A stretch of DNA of 32,000 bases. Origin: Candidatus Saccharimonadota bacterium (lineage in GTDB: Bacteria; Pseudomonadota; Gammaproteobacteria; Enterobacterales; Enterobacteriaceae). Where the stretch lies: positions 240,001 to 272,000 of the forward strand of contig CP188087.1 of NCBI GenBank assembly GCA_049942775.1. Direction: 5' to 3'. A program made the position numbers and the translations under genes. The notes beneath the pieces were generated by a model that was given only the letters and a program-made list of their open reading frames with translations, was not told the DNA's origin and searched no databases. Below, in pieces: positions 11,124 through 20,570 of the stretch; position 1 is the first letter of the stretch; each line of letters opens with the position of its first letter.

Positions 11124-11729
11124 GTGAATCTAAAAAAAATAAAAGAACAGTCTATTTTACCAACACCGTGGGGTGAGTTTACATTGATTGGATTTGAAGA
11201 AATAAATAAATTAGAAAGAAAAAATCATGTAGCTTTAATATATGGAAATATAAATTTACTTATATTAAAAAATAAAGCTGTTTTAGTTAGAATACATTCA
11301 GAGTGTTTAACTGGAGATGCTTTATTTAGTTTAAGATGTGATTGTGGTTTTCAATTAAAAAAATCTATGAAAATTATTTCTAAAAAAGGATTCGGGGTTA
11401 TTATTTATCATCGTCAAGAAGGTAGAAACATTGGTTTGTTGAATAAAATTAAAGCTTATTCATTACAAGATAAGGGATTAGATACTGTTGAAGCAAACAA
11501 AAAGCTAGGTTTTTTAGCAGATGAAAGAAATTTTTCAAATTGTGTAGATATTTTAAAAATATTAAAAATAAAAAAAATTAAATTATTAACTAATAATCCA
11601 TTTAAAGTATTTTCGCTTAAAAATTCAGGTATCAATGTTATTGAAAGAATTTCATTAATAATTGGAAAAAATTGTAAGAATATAAATTACTTAAATACAA
11701 AAAAAAAAAAAATGGGTCATGTTTTATAA
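11124..11729 (+). CDS. ribA: GTP cyclohydrolase II
   Basis: 201 aa with a GTG start after GGAGAAAAT. It has the zinc site [18 protein letters not shown], plus [15 protein letters not shown] and DTVEAN. The C-terminus KKKKMGHVL matches E. coli ...EKMGHLL. Confidence 0.95.
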   Translation: MNLKKIKEQSILPTPWGEFTLIGFEEINKLERKNHVALIYGNINLLILKNKAVLVRIHSECLTGDALFSLRCDCGFQLKKSMKIISKKGFGVIIYHRQEGRNIGLLNKIKAYSLQDKGLDTVEANKKLGFLADERNFSNCVDILKILKIKKIKLLTNNPFKVFSLKNSGINVIERISLIIGKNCKNINYLNTKKKKMGHVL

Positions 11730-11783
11730 CTATTGTGTTTAAATAACAGCAAATAATTAAAAAAAATGAAAAAATTTTAATAG

Positions 11784-11834
11784 AACTTTATCATTTTAGT
11801 TATTTTAAAAAATGATAAAGTTTTTATTTTTTTT
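11784..11834. terminator. Stem-loop between convergent ribA and clsA (putative bidirectional intrinsic terminator)
   Basis: A perfect 14-bp stem pairs AACTTTATCATTTT (11784-11797) with AAAATGATAAAGTT (11809-11822) around an 11-nt loop. It is followed on the + strand by TTTATTTTTTTT (to 11834). On the - strand it is followed by the T-rich complement of the A-rich 11761-11783. The stem has only two G:C pairs, so stability is modest. Confidence 0.5.
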
Positions 11835-11903
11835 AATAAAAAAAATCATTGATATTATTTAACAACTACTATTTTTTAAAATTTACTGAAATTTATGTAC
11901 AGT

Positions 11904-13358
11904 TTATAATAAAGGACTAAATAAATAAAAAAATTTTTCTACTATTTTTTTCCAATGAGAACGTAAAAACCAATATTTTGGATCTAGTAATTGAGAATGA
12001 GAAATATATTCATTATGTAAATGAGACAATTTGTTTCCAAATTTTTTGTCATCAATTGCTATAGTTATTTCAAAATTCAGCCACAAACTTCTCATGTCTA
12101 AATTAGCAGTTCCAATCAAACTTAGTTGTTTATCTATAAGTATGCTTTTACTATGTAGTAGTCCTTTTTTAAACAAATAAATTTTAACTCCTGATTTTAA
12201 TAATTTGCTAAAAAAAGATCTACTAGCCCATTTTACCATAAAAGAATCATTTTTTTTAGGAATTATGATAGAAACATTAACTCCTCTATAAGAAGCTGTA
12301 CATATAGCATGCAACAAATCATTACTTGGTACCAAATAAGGAGTAGTGATAGTTAATTCATGTTTAGCAGAATATATTGCAGTAAGAAATGATTGATGAA
12401 TTATTTGTTTAGTGTATCCTGGACCAGAAGCTATTACTTGCATGGACATAGAATTATTTTTTTTTTTGTTTTCTTTCATATAAAGTCTTGGAAAAATTTT
12501 TTTACCAGTTTCCAATTCCCAATCACATGAATATACTATACCTATGGTAGTTACAATAGGACCTTCTATTCTTATCATTATATCTATCCATTTTCCAATT
12601 TTACAGTATTGTTTAAACAAATTAGGATCTACTAAATTCATACTTCCAATATAAGCAATGTTATTATCGATAAGAACAACTTTTCTATGTTGTCTTGAAT
12701 CAATTCTTCTAAAAAAAGTTTTTAGTATATTAATTTTTAATGCTTCAACAATTTGAATATTTGCCTTTTTCATTACACATACCCATTTACTTTTAAAAAA
12801 TTTAAAACTTCCTGCTGAATCTAAGATTAACCTACAATTTATTCCTTTTTTGGAAGAAGAAATTAGAGCTTTTGCTACTTCATCTACAATCCCACCTGGT
12901 TGCCAAATGTAAAAAACCATTTCTATATTTTTTTTAGCTAAAGATATATCTCTTATGAGACTTTTAATTATTTCTTTGTAATTATGTAATAATTTTAATT
13001 TGTTATTAGTAATTCCAGAAATTCCTTGACGATTTTTGCATAATTTAAATAATGGTACAGCAACTCTACTATTTTTTTTTGAGAAAAAACTTTTATAGTT
13101 TTTTATTTTTTTTATTCGAATTAAATTTTTCTTCCAAATTTTTTTTAATAGATTAGTTTTTTTTCGTCCTAAATATGGTTCACTAAAGAAAAACCATATT
13201 ATGGTTCCAAATAATGGGATAAAATATAAAATTAATATCCATACATTAGAAATTGAATTCATTTTTTTTTTTATAAAGATTTTAAAATCAATATTTATAA
13301 TTAAAAACAAATATCCTATAAAACTTATCCAAGAAAAAAATCGATAACAATTATTCAT
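11904..13358 (-). CDS. clsA: Cardiolipin synthase A
   Basis: 484 aa. It has two N-terminal TM helices and two PLD HKD motifs (RQHRKVVLIDNNIAYIGSMNL and LLHSKSILIDKQLSLIGTANLD). The C-terminus FYLFSPLL is identical in pattern to E. coli ClsA ...FYFFSPLL. Confidence 0.92.
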   Translation of the reverse strand: MNNCYRFFSWISFIGYLFLIINIDFKIFIKKKMNSISNVWILILYFIPLFGTIIWFFFSEPYLGRKKTNLLKKIWKKNLIRIKKIKNYKSFFSKKNSRVAVPLFKLCKNRQGISGITNNKLKLLHNYKEIIKSLIRDISLAKKNIEMVFYIWQPGGIVDEVAKALISSSKKGINCRLILDSAGSFKFFKSKWVCVMKKANIQIVEALKINILKTFFRRIDSRQHRKVVLIDNNIAYIGSMNLVDPNLFKQYCKIGKWIDIMIRIEGPIVTTIGIVYSCDWELETGKKIFPRLYMKENKKKNNSMSMQVIASGPGYTKQIIHQSFLTAIYSAKHELTITTPYLVPSNDLLHAICTASYRGVNVSIIIPKKNDSFMVKWASRSFFSKLLKSGVKIYLFKKGLLHSKSILIDKQLSLIGTANLDMRSLWLNFEITIAIDDKKFGNKLSHLHNEYISHSQLLDPKYWFLRSHWKKIVEKFFYLFSPLL

Positions 13359-13418
13359 TTAAATTCTCTAAATGTTATTATTTGATAATATGAAATATTT
13401 TTTCTAAAAAAAATATTT

Positions 13419-13832
13419 TTAAAATATTTTTTTTATTGGTTTAGGTTTTCCATTATTATCAATAGCTACATATATAAAAGTAGCTTCAGTTGTTTTGTAA
13501 AAACTTCCAATGGGTGGATAAGAAATTTTTTTTATCCATACTTCAACTAGAATGGTTATAGAACTATTTCCTATTTTTATACATTTTGCAAAACAACTAA
13601 CTATATCTCCAATATGTACTGGTTTTAAAAAAGTCATTCCATTTACGCTAACAGTAACTACTCTTCCACAGGTAATTTCTTTGGCCAAGATAGCTCCTCC
13701 CATATCCATCTGAGACATAATCCATCCTCCAAAAATATCACCATTAGCATTTGTATTAGCTGGCATGGCCAGCGTTCGTAATACCATGGTTCCTTGTGGC
13801 ATTTTTTTTTTTTTAGTTTTTTTTTTTTTCAT
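13419..13832 (-). CDS. yciA: Acyl-CoA thioesterase (hotdog fold) YciA
   Basis: 137 aa. VLRTLAMPANTNANGDIFGGWIMSQMDMGGAILAKE is nearly identical to E. coli YciA. The first 10 codons (MKKKKTKKKK) come from two 13-nt homopolymers. The alternative start at M11 (13802) aligns better with the E. coli N-terminus. Confidence 0.85.
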   Translation of the reverse strand: MKKKKTKKKKMPQGTMVLRTLAMPANTNANGDIFGGWIMSQMDMGGAILAKEITCGRVVTVSVNGMTFLKPVHIGDIVSCFAKCIKIGNSSITILVEVWIKKISYPPIGSFYKTTEATFIYVAIDNNGKPKPIKKIF

Positions 13833-13845
13833 AATTTAATATTAA

Positions 13846-14370
13846 TTACTTTTTCAAATAAAATATATATAAAAAATTTATAATCATAAAAATTATTGTC
13901 ATTATAGTTAAACCAATTATTTTAAAGTATATCCAATACATTTCTGAACAATAAAATATGATATATAAATTTAAGACCCCACATAAAAAAAAGAAAAAAG
14001 ACCAAGCAAAATTTAATATTTGCCACTGATTTTTTGTTAAATGAACATCCATTTCATTAATAAAAAAATTAATTATTGGCTTATTTAAATTAAAACTAAC
14101 TAATAAAGCAATTGAAAATAAAAAATATAAAACAGAAACTTTCATTTTTATAAAATTACTATTGTGAAAAAATGTTGTTAAAGATCCAAAAAACAATATA
14201 AAAAAGAAACTAATCATTTCTATAACTTCTATTTTTTTGTAAAAAGTCCAATTAATTAAACAGACTATACTGGACATAACAATTAATAGGTTTGTTGCCA
14301 TAAAAATGTCTTTTACTTTATAAGCAATAAAAAATGTTAGCATTGGAATGAAATTTAATAAGCTTTTCAT
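13846..14370 (-). CDS. yciB: Intracellular septation / inner-membrane protein YciB (IspZ)
   Basis: The track ORF starts at TTG 14382. The ATG at 14370 gives MKSLLNFIPMLTFFIAYK, which aligns to E. coli YciB MKQFLDFLPLVVFFAFYK. Downstream FFHNSNFIKMKVSVLYFLFSIALL matches FFHNDEFIKWKVTVIYALF. The protein has five TM segments. Confidence 0.8.
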   Translation of the reverse strand: MKSLLNFIPMLTFFIAYKVKDIFMATNLLIVMSSIVCLINWTFYKKIEVIEMISFFFILFFGSLTTFFHNSNFIKMKVSVLYFLFSIALLVSFNLNKPIINFFINEMDVHLTKNQWQILNFAWSFFFFLCGVLNLYIIFYCSEMYWIYFKIIGLTIMTIIFMIINFLYIFYLKK

Positions 14371-14981
14371 AATTTTATCCAAAAAATATTTTATATCTTT
14401 TAACTAATAAATACGATTACAATAAATATAATATCTAAATATTTTAAAAAAATACTAACATTAGTATTTGAACAAGTAATATTTTTTATATAATGTTTAT
14501 TATGTTTTAAAAAATACAAAAAGGTTTTTTTGTTAAGATGAATTTATAACAATAATTATTGTTATAAAATTTATTTTTTTACATAAATTAATAAAGAAAA
14601 TTTTGGAATTCTTTAAAAGAAATAATTTTTGAATAAAATTATAAAAAAACAAATAATATTAACTAAAATAAAAAGAAAAAATTAAAATTAATATATTTAT
14701 ATTATTTAATTTTCAAAATATACATATATATATTAATATTTAATTTTTTATTTTTTTAGTTTATTCCAAACTTTTGAAACATATTTTTTAAAAATCAATT
14801 TAATTACATGAAAATAGGTGTAGGAATTTTTTTATTTAATTTAATTTAAATAATTTTAAAAATCGTATAAATAATAAATTTCCTAAGTTTAGATAGATAA
14901 CTGTGTTTAAAATTAATAATTTTATTATGTTTTTTATAACTGTAATTATAAATTTATGTTTAATATAATTTGAAAAAACGT

Positions 14982-15797
14982 TTATTTAAATCTTTTAGAT
15001 GTAGCTTGTTTTAATTTTTTGGTTGTTTCTTGTATCTTTTGAATCATTACTATTTCATTATTCTTATAATTTTCAATAATTTTAATTATCACAGAACCGC
15101 AAATTACACCTGTTGCTCCATTTTCAATAATTTTTTTTATTTGTTTTGAAGAATAAATACCAAATCCTTGTATTATTGGTATAGAAGTGTTTTTTTTAAT
15201 GTTTTTTATTAAATTTTTGTTTTTTAAATCCATATTTTTTTGTATTCCCGTCACTCCAGACCTGGATAACAAATAAATATAAGCAGATTGATATGAAGAA
15301 ATTAATTTAATAAAATTATCACCAGCATCTGGAGGACACATAAATATAGGATAAATTCTATTTAATTTACATGCTTGTAAAAATGGTTCATATTCCTGAA
15401 TTGGAACATCTGCTATTAAAACAGAATCAATTCCTATTTTTTTACAGTAGTAGTAAAACTGTTCTATTCCTTGTTGAAGGATTAAATTTGCGTAAATCAA
15501 AATACCAATAGGTAAAAAAGTATATTTATTTCTTATTTTATTTAACATATCAAAACATTTTGATATTGTTATCCCACTAGAAAAAGACCTTTCATTAGCT
15601 TTTTGAACTACTATTCCGTCAGCTGTTGGATCAGAAAATGGTATTCCTACTTCTAAAGCATCAATTCCACTAGAAACTAAAATATCGACAATCTTTAATG
15701 ATACTTCGATATTAGGATCTCCTAAAACTATGAATGGAATAAAACAACCTTCTAAGGTAGTGTTTAAACGATAAAATAATTTTTTGTATCTTGTCAT
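14982..15797 (-). CDS. trpA: Tryptophan synthase alpha chain
   Basis: 271 aa. Motifs FIPFIVLGDP, DALEVGIPFSDPTADG and LLSRSGVTG are collinear with E. coli TrpA. Confidence 0.92.
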   Translation of the reverse strand: MTRYKKLFYRLNTTLEGCFIPFIVLGDPNIEVSLKIVDILVSSGIDALEVGIPFSDPTADGIVVQKANERSFSSGITISKCFDMLNKIRNKYTFLPIGILIYANLILQQGIEQFYYYCKKIGIDSVLIADVPIQEYEPFLQACKLNRIYPIFMCPPDAGDNFIKLISSYQSAYIYLLSRSGVTGIQKNMDLKNKNLIKNIKKNTSIPIIQGFGIYSSKQIKKIIENGATGVICGSVIIKIIENYKNNEIVMIQKIQETTKKLKQATSKRFK

Positions 15798-15825
15798 ATT
15801 TTAAAACTCTCCATAATAATAGATA

Positions 15826-17004
15826 TTACGAGTTCATGTATTTTTGAACTGTTAAAATGTCTTTATCTCCTCTTCCAGATAAATTTACTATTAAAATTTG
15901 TTTTTTGTTTGGATTTAATTTCATTAATTTCATTGCATATGCTAAAGCATGAGAAGATTCTAAAGCAGGTATAATTCCTTCTTTTTTAGATAAAAAATCG
16001 AATGCTATCACTGCTTCTTTGTCTGTTATTGAATGATATTTAACTTTGTTAATGCTATGTAACCAAGCATGTTCAGGTCCTACTGATGGGAAATCTAATC
16101 CAGAAGAAATAGACCAAGATTTTTCTATTTGTCCCTCTTTATTTTGTAAAATTTTAGATTTCATTCCAAAATAAATTCCTATTTTACCATTTTTTAATGA
16201 AGCTCCATGTTTTTTTGTATCTAATCCTAATCCTGCAGCTTCGATACCTATCAAAGATACTTTTTCTTCTTTCATAAAAGAAGAAAAAATACCTATTGCA
16301 TTGGAACCTCCTCCAACACAAGCGATTATTTTATTAGGTAATTTACCTTCTTTCTTTAGAATTTGTTTTTTTGTTTCTTCTCCGATTATTTCTTGAAATG
16401 TTTTTACTATAGTAGGATAAGGATGAGGTCCTGCAGAAGTTCCTATCATATAATGAGCTGTTTTATACGTTGATGACCAATCTCTCATTGCTTCGTTGCA
16501 AGCATCTTTTAAAGATTTAGACCCTAATTTTACACAAATTACTTTTGCTCCAAGTAATTTCATTCTAAAAACATTTGTTTCTTGTTTTTTAAAATCTTTT
16601 TCTCCCATATAAATTCTACATTTTAAATTGAATAATGCACACACCATTGCAGTAGCAACTCCATGTTGTCCTGCTCCTGTTTCAGCAATTATTTCTGTTT
16701 TCTTCATTCTAATTGCTAGTAATGCTTGTCCTAAAACTTGATTTGTTTTATGTGCTCCACCATGTAAAAGATCTTCTCTTTTCAAATAAATTTTTGTTTT
16801 TGTATTTTTAGTAATGTTTTTACACAATGTTAATGGAGTAGGACGTCCTGCATAATTTTTTAGAAAACTTGACAGTTTATTATTGAAATTTTTGTTGTTT
16901 ATTGCTGTTATAAACTCTTTTTCTAGTTGATATAAAGCAGGAACTAATGTTTGTGGTACATACATACCACCAAAGTTTCCAAAATATGATTGTAATAGGT
17001 TCAT
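15826..17004 (-). CDS. trpB: Tryptophan synthase beta chain
   Basis: 392 aa. Motifs [20 protein letters not shown] (PLP lysine), [10 protein letters not shown] and GGGSNAIG are present. Confidence 0.96.
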   Translation of the reverse strand: MNLLQSYFGNFGGMYVPQTLVPALYQLEKEFITAINNKNFNNKLSSFLKNYAGRPTPLTLCKNITKNTKTKIYLKREDLLHGGAHKTNQVLGQALLAIRMKKTEIIAETGAGQHGVATAMVCALFNLKCRIYMGEKDFKKQETNVFRMKLLGAKVICVKLGSKSLKDACNEAMRDWSSTYKTAHYMIGTSAGPHPYPTIVKTFQEIIGEETKKQILKKEGKLPNKIIACVGGGSNAIGIFSSFMKEEKVSLIGIEAAGLGLDTKKHGASLKNGKIGIYFGMKSKILQNKEGQIEKSWSISSGLDFPSVGPEHAWLHSINKVKYHSITDKEAVIAFDFLSKKEGIIPALESSHALAYAMKLMKLNPNKKQILIVNLSGRGDKDILTVQKYMNS

Positions 17005-17049
17005 AATTTAAAAAAAGAAAAACGAATTTATATTAAATTTTTGTAATTT

Positions 17050-18429
17050 TTATTGGTGTTCTCTAATAATTTTAAATACTAATTTAATTTTGTCTTTATC
17101 TTTTATTCCTGGTTTTTTTTCGATTCCAGAATTGAAATCTAAACCGAAACATCCTATTTTTGAAGCTAAAAAACAATTTTTAGGATTAATTCCACCAGAT
17201 AAAATTACATTTTTCAAATATTGATTTTTATCATTATTTAATAATGACCAATCAAACGTTTTTCCTGTGCCTCCTCCATTTTTATGATCTAAGACGTAAT
17301 AATTAGCTAATTTCCAATTTAAATCTGGAATTATTTTATCTATTTTAAATGCTTTCCAAATCTTAGTTTTTTTTGGAATTTTTCTTATTAAATTTTTTAT
17401 ATATTCTTGATTTTCATTTCCATGTAATTGAATTCCAAATAAAGATAAATTTTTTGTTATCTTTGATACATAGTCAATTGAATTGTTACAAAAAACTCCA
17501 ATAAATTTTAGTTTGTTTTCATGAATAATTATATCTTTTGCAGTTATTTCATTTATTTTTCTTACTGAATTTTCACAAAATATTAATCCCCCATAAATAC
17601 TACCTGCTCGGTAAACTCGTTTTGCATCTTTTATTCTAGTTAAACCACAAACTTTATTATTTCCAAATATTAAACTACGTATAGCATGTTTAGGTTGTGA
17701 TGAAGACATTATATGTGTTCCAATTAGAAAACCATCTACTAATTCGCTTAATTCTCTAATTTGATTATAGTTATCAATTCCTGATTCAGATATTAAAATT
17801 TTAGATTTAGGAATTTTTTTAGAAAGATTTTTTGTGACATTGATATCTATTGAAAAATCATTTAAATTACGGTTATTAACACCAATTATTGACGCATTTA
17901 GTTTAATTGCTCTTTTTAGTTCTTTTTCATTATGTATTTCAGTTAAAACTGACATGTTCATTGATTTTGCAATATTAGAAAGTATTAAATATTGATTATC
18001 TTCTAATATAGACAACATTAAAAGTATGGCATCAGCTTTGTAATATCTAGCTAAATATATTTGATATGGATCGATAAAAAAATCTTTGCACAAAATTGGT
18101 TGATGTAAGTAAGATTTAATAATTGGTATATATTCAATTTTTCCTTGAAAAAATTTTTCATCAGTTACAACTGATATTGCAGAAGCGTATTTTCTATAAA
18201 TTGATGATATTTTAAATAAATCAAAATTTTTATTTAAAATTCCTGATGATGGAGAACTTTTTTTAAATTCAAAAATAAAAGCTGGATGAATATTTTTAAT
18301 TGCAGAATAAAAATCTCTATTTGAATTTTTTATGTTTTTTTTAATTATTGATAAAGGTAAAGTTTTTTTTTTTTCTTTTATCCATAACTCTTTATTTGCA
18401 ATTATTTTTTTTAATATAGTTTTTTGCAT
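17050..18429 (-). CDS. trpC: Bifunctional indole-3-glycerol-phosphate synthase / phosphoribosylanthranilate isomerase
   Basis: 459 aa. The N-terminal IGPS half is supported by FIFEFKKSSPSSG, GVNNRNL and ISESGI. The C-terminal PRAI half is supported by NKVCGLT, IQLHGNE and FGLDFNSGIE. This matches the fused TrpC(F) of enterics. Confidence 0.9.
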   Translation of the reverse strand: MQKTILKKIIANKELWIKEKKKTLPLSIIKKNIKNSNRDFYSAIKNIHPAFIFEFKKSSPSSGILNKNFDLFKISSIYRKYASAISVVTDEKFFQGKIEYIPIIKSYLHQPILCKDFFIDPYQIYLARYYKADAILLMLSILEDNQYLILSNIAKSMNMSVLTEIHNEKELKRAIKLNASIIGVNNRNLNDFSIDINVTKNLSKKIPKSKILISESGIDNYNQIRELSELVDGFLIGTHIMSSSQPKHAIRSLIFGNNKVCGLTRIKDAKRVYRAGSIYGGLIFCENSVRKINEITAKDIIIHENKLKFIGVFCNNSIDYVSKITKNLSLFGIQLHGNENQEYIKNLIRKIPKKTKIWKAFKIDKIIPDLNWKLANYYVLDHKNGGGTGKTFDWSLLNNDKNQYLKNVILSGGINPKNCFLASKIGCFGLDFNSGIEKKPGIKDKDKIKLVFKIIREHQ

Positions 18430-18438
18430 ATTTTTTTC

Positions 18439-19440
18439 TCAAATTGAAGCAATAGATTTTATTTTCAAATAAGAAATGCCACTTTTTATGATTTTTATTG
18501 CATATTTTGTATTTTTTATCAAATTTTCGTTTCCAAATAGTTTTAATACTAAAGCTACATTCATAGCAATTGTGTATTCATATTTTTCATTACCAATTCC
18601 CATAAGAATGTTTTTTGCAATTTGTAAATTATTTTCTTGTTTTTTTTTTAAAAAAACATTTTGTTTTACTAAAATATTTTCAATTCCAAAATTTTTTGCA
18701 GTTAGTTCATAAGAATTAACCATTCCATTTTTTAATTCTACGACTTTTGTAATTCCATTTAAAGTAACTTCATCTGTATTATTATTATTTACTAATATTA
18801 CTCTATTATAGTTTAATTCTTTACATACTTCGATCATTGGAAATAAAAACTTTTCGTCGTAAACTCCAATTAATGCTAAAGGAGGAGAAGATGGATTCAA
18901 AAGTGGAGCAATTAAATTAAATATTGTAGGAATTTTTAATTCTTGTCTTACTTTTTTATAGTGTTTAAAACTAGAATAAAACTTATTTGCTAATAAAAAA
19001 CATAAATTATATTTTTCTAGTAAATATCTAGAAGTATCTGGATTAATATTAATGGGTATTTTAAAAAAGTTTAATAAATCAGCAGAACCTATAGTTCCAG
19101 TAATGCTATTATTACAATGTTTTATGATTTTTAATCCACATGAAGAAGAAACTATAGCACTAATAGTTGAAATATTGATTAAATTTTTTCCATCTCCACC
19201 TGTTCCTACTATATCGGCATATAAATAATCAGGTTTCGGAAAATATTTTTTTTGTTCTAAAAAAGCTTTTACGGCCCCCAATATTTCTGTTTTCTTCTCA
19301 CCTCTTAGGTGCATTTTATACAATACGTTTTTTAAAATAAAATTAGGGATTGTTCCAATTATTAACTTTTTGAAAAAAAAATAACTTTCTTCCTCAGATA
19401 GAGAAGATAAATTATTTATTTTGTTTAAAATATTTTTCAT
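18439..19440 (-). CDS. trpD: Anthranilate phosphoribosyltransferase (stand-alone, no TrpG domain)
   Basis: 333 aa. Motifs DIVGTGGDGKN and NLIAPLLNP are present, with a typical PRT fold length. There is no glutamine amidotransferase region N-terminal to it. Confidence 0.9.
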   Translation of the reverse strand: MKNILNKINNLSSLSEEESYFFFKKLIIGTIPNFILKNVLYKMHLRGEKKTEILGAVKAFLEQKKYFPKPDYLYADIVGTGGDGKNLINISTISAIVSSSCGLKIIKHCNNSITGTIGSADLLNFFKIPININPDTSRYLLEKYNLCFLLANKFYSSFKHYKKVRQELKIPTIFNLIAPLLNPSSPPLALIGVYDEKFLFPMIEVCKELNYNRVILVNNNNTDEVTLNGITKVVELKNGMVNSYELTAKNFGIENILVKQNVFLKKKQENNLQIAKNILMGIGNEKYEYTIAMNVALVLKLFGNENLIKNTKYAIKIIKSGISYLKIKSIASI

Positions 19441-19650
19441 TTTTTATTAAAAATTAAGTTAATTTTTTATATTTTACAACCAAATAATAAAATTTTAAAG
19501 AATATAAATTTTTAAAAGTTGTGTAAATAATTTTCTTTAGAAAAAAAAATTATATTTATACACATAACTGAAAAAAATCAAATTTTTTATTTTTTATAAA
19601 TTATTTTAAAAGAAGTAAAAAAATAACTTTTTAATGGGAGTATTCTTTTC

Positions 19651-20544
19651 GTGAAAAAAATATTTACTTTATTTTTATTTATTTTAGTTACTGTTGTTTT
19701 AGGAACTACTTGGCTAGCTATGAAAGTAGCTTTACAAACTATGCCTCCTTTATTTATTACAAGTATTCGTTTTTTAATTTCTTTTATTTTGTTAGTTATA
19801 TTGTCTTTTTTTTTTAAAACAAAATTATTCTTTCCTACTGAAAAACTAAAATTTAAATTTTTGTTATGTATTTTCTATTTTTTAATTCCGTTTACTTTAA
19901 TGTTATATTGTGGAAAATATGTAGAAATTTCATTATCATCCATTATATATTCCAATATGCCTGCAATTATCTTATTTTTTTCTTTTATTTTAGAAAAAAA
20001 AGATATATTTTTTTTTAAAAAAATCGGAATTATTTGTTCAATGTTTTCTTTAATAATTATTTTTTTTGAAAAAATATTATTTGGATCTGTTCAAGAAATA
20101 TTGGGAATAATTGGATTATTCATAGCCATGTTAAGTCATGCAATTATATATGTAGTATCTAAAAGAGAATTTTCTGATTTTTCAGTAATTACATTAAATG
20201 CATTTCCTTCTTTTTTATCTGGTCTCCTATTATTAATAGGTTCATTACTTTTCGAGCATCCTAATGTTATGTTTTTTTCTAAGAAATCAATTTTAGCTAC
20301 AATTTATCTAGGAAGTGTTGTAGGAGTATTTGGAATATTGTCTTATTTTTATTTACAAAAAAAAACTACTCCTTTAGTTGCTTCAACAGTTTTTTTATTT
20401 TTCCCATCTATTCCAATAGGGTTTGAATATTTTTTTTATAATAAATTTTTATTTAGAATAGAGTTGTTCTCGGCTTTTTTTTCTTTTTTTGGTATAATAA
20501 TAATTATATTATCATCCTGTTTTTTAAAGAAAAAAAATTATTAA
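19651..20544 (+). CDS. yedA: EamA/DMT-family permease (YedA-like)
   Basis: 297 aa with a GTG start after GGGAG (19636-19640). It is about 10 TM segments long. The N-terminal LGTTWLAMKVALQTMPPLFITSIRFL aligns to E. coli YedA WGSTYFVIRIGVESWPPLMMAGVRFL. The sequence is very divergent, so the symbol is tentative. Confidence 0.6.
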   Translation: MKKIFTLFLFILVTVVLGTTWLAMKVALQTMPPLFITSIRFLISFILLVILSFFFKTKLFFPTEKLKFKFLLCIFYFLIPFTLMLYCGKYVEISLSSIIYSNMPAIILFFSFILEKKDIFFFKKIGIICSMFSLIIIFFEKILFGSVQEILGIIGLFIAMLSHAIIYVVSKREFSDFSVITLNAFPSFLSGLLLLIGSLLFEHPNVMFFSKKSILATIYLGSVVGVFGILSYFYLQKKTTPLVASTVFLFFPSIPIGFEYFFYNKFLFRIELFSAFFSFFGIIIIILSSCFLKKKNY

Positions 20545-20570
20545 AAAATATTTAATTATATTAAAAAATT

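Noticed and set aside
14724-14733. (AT)5 microsatellite and several short hairpins (e.g. 14450-14469, 2022-2037) in spacers
   Set aside because: These are too short (stems of 9 bp or less, all or nearly all A:T) to distinguish from chance at this base composition.
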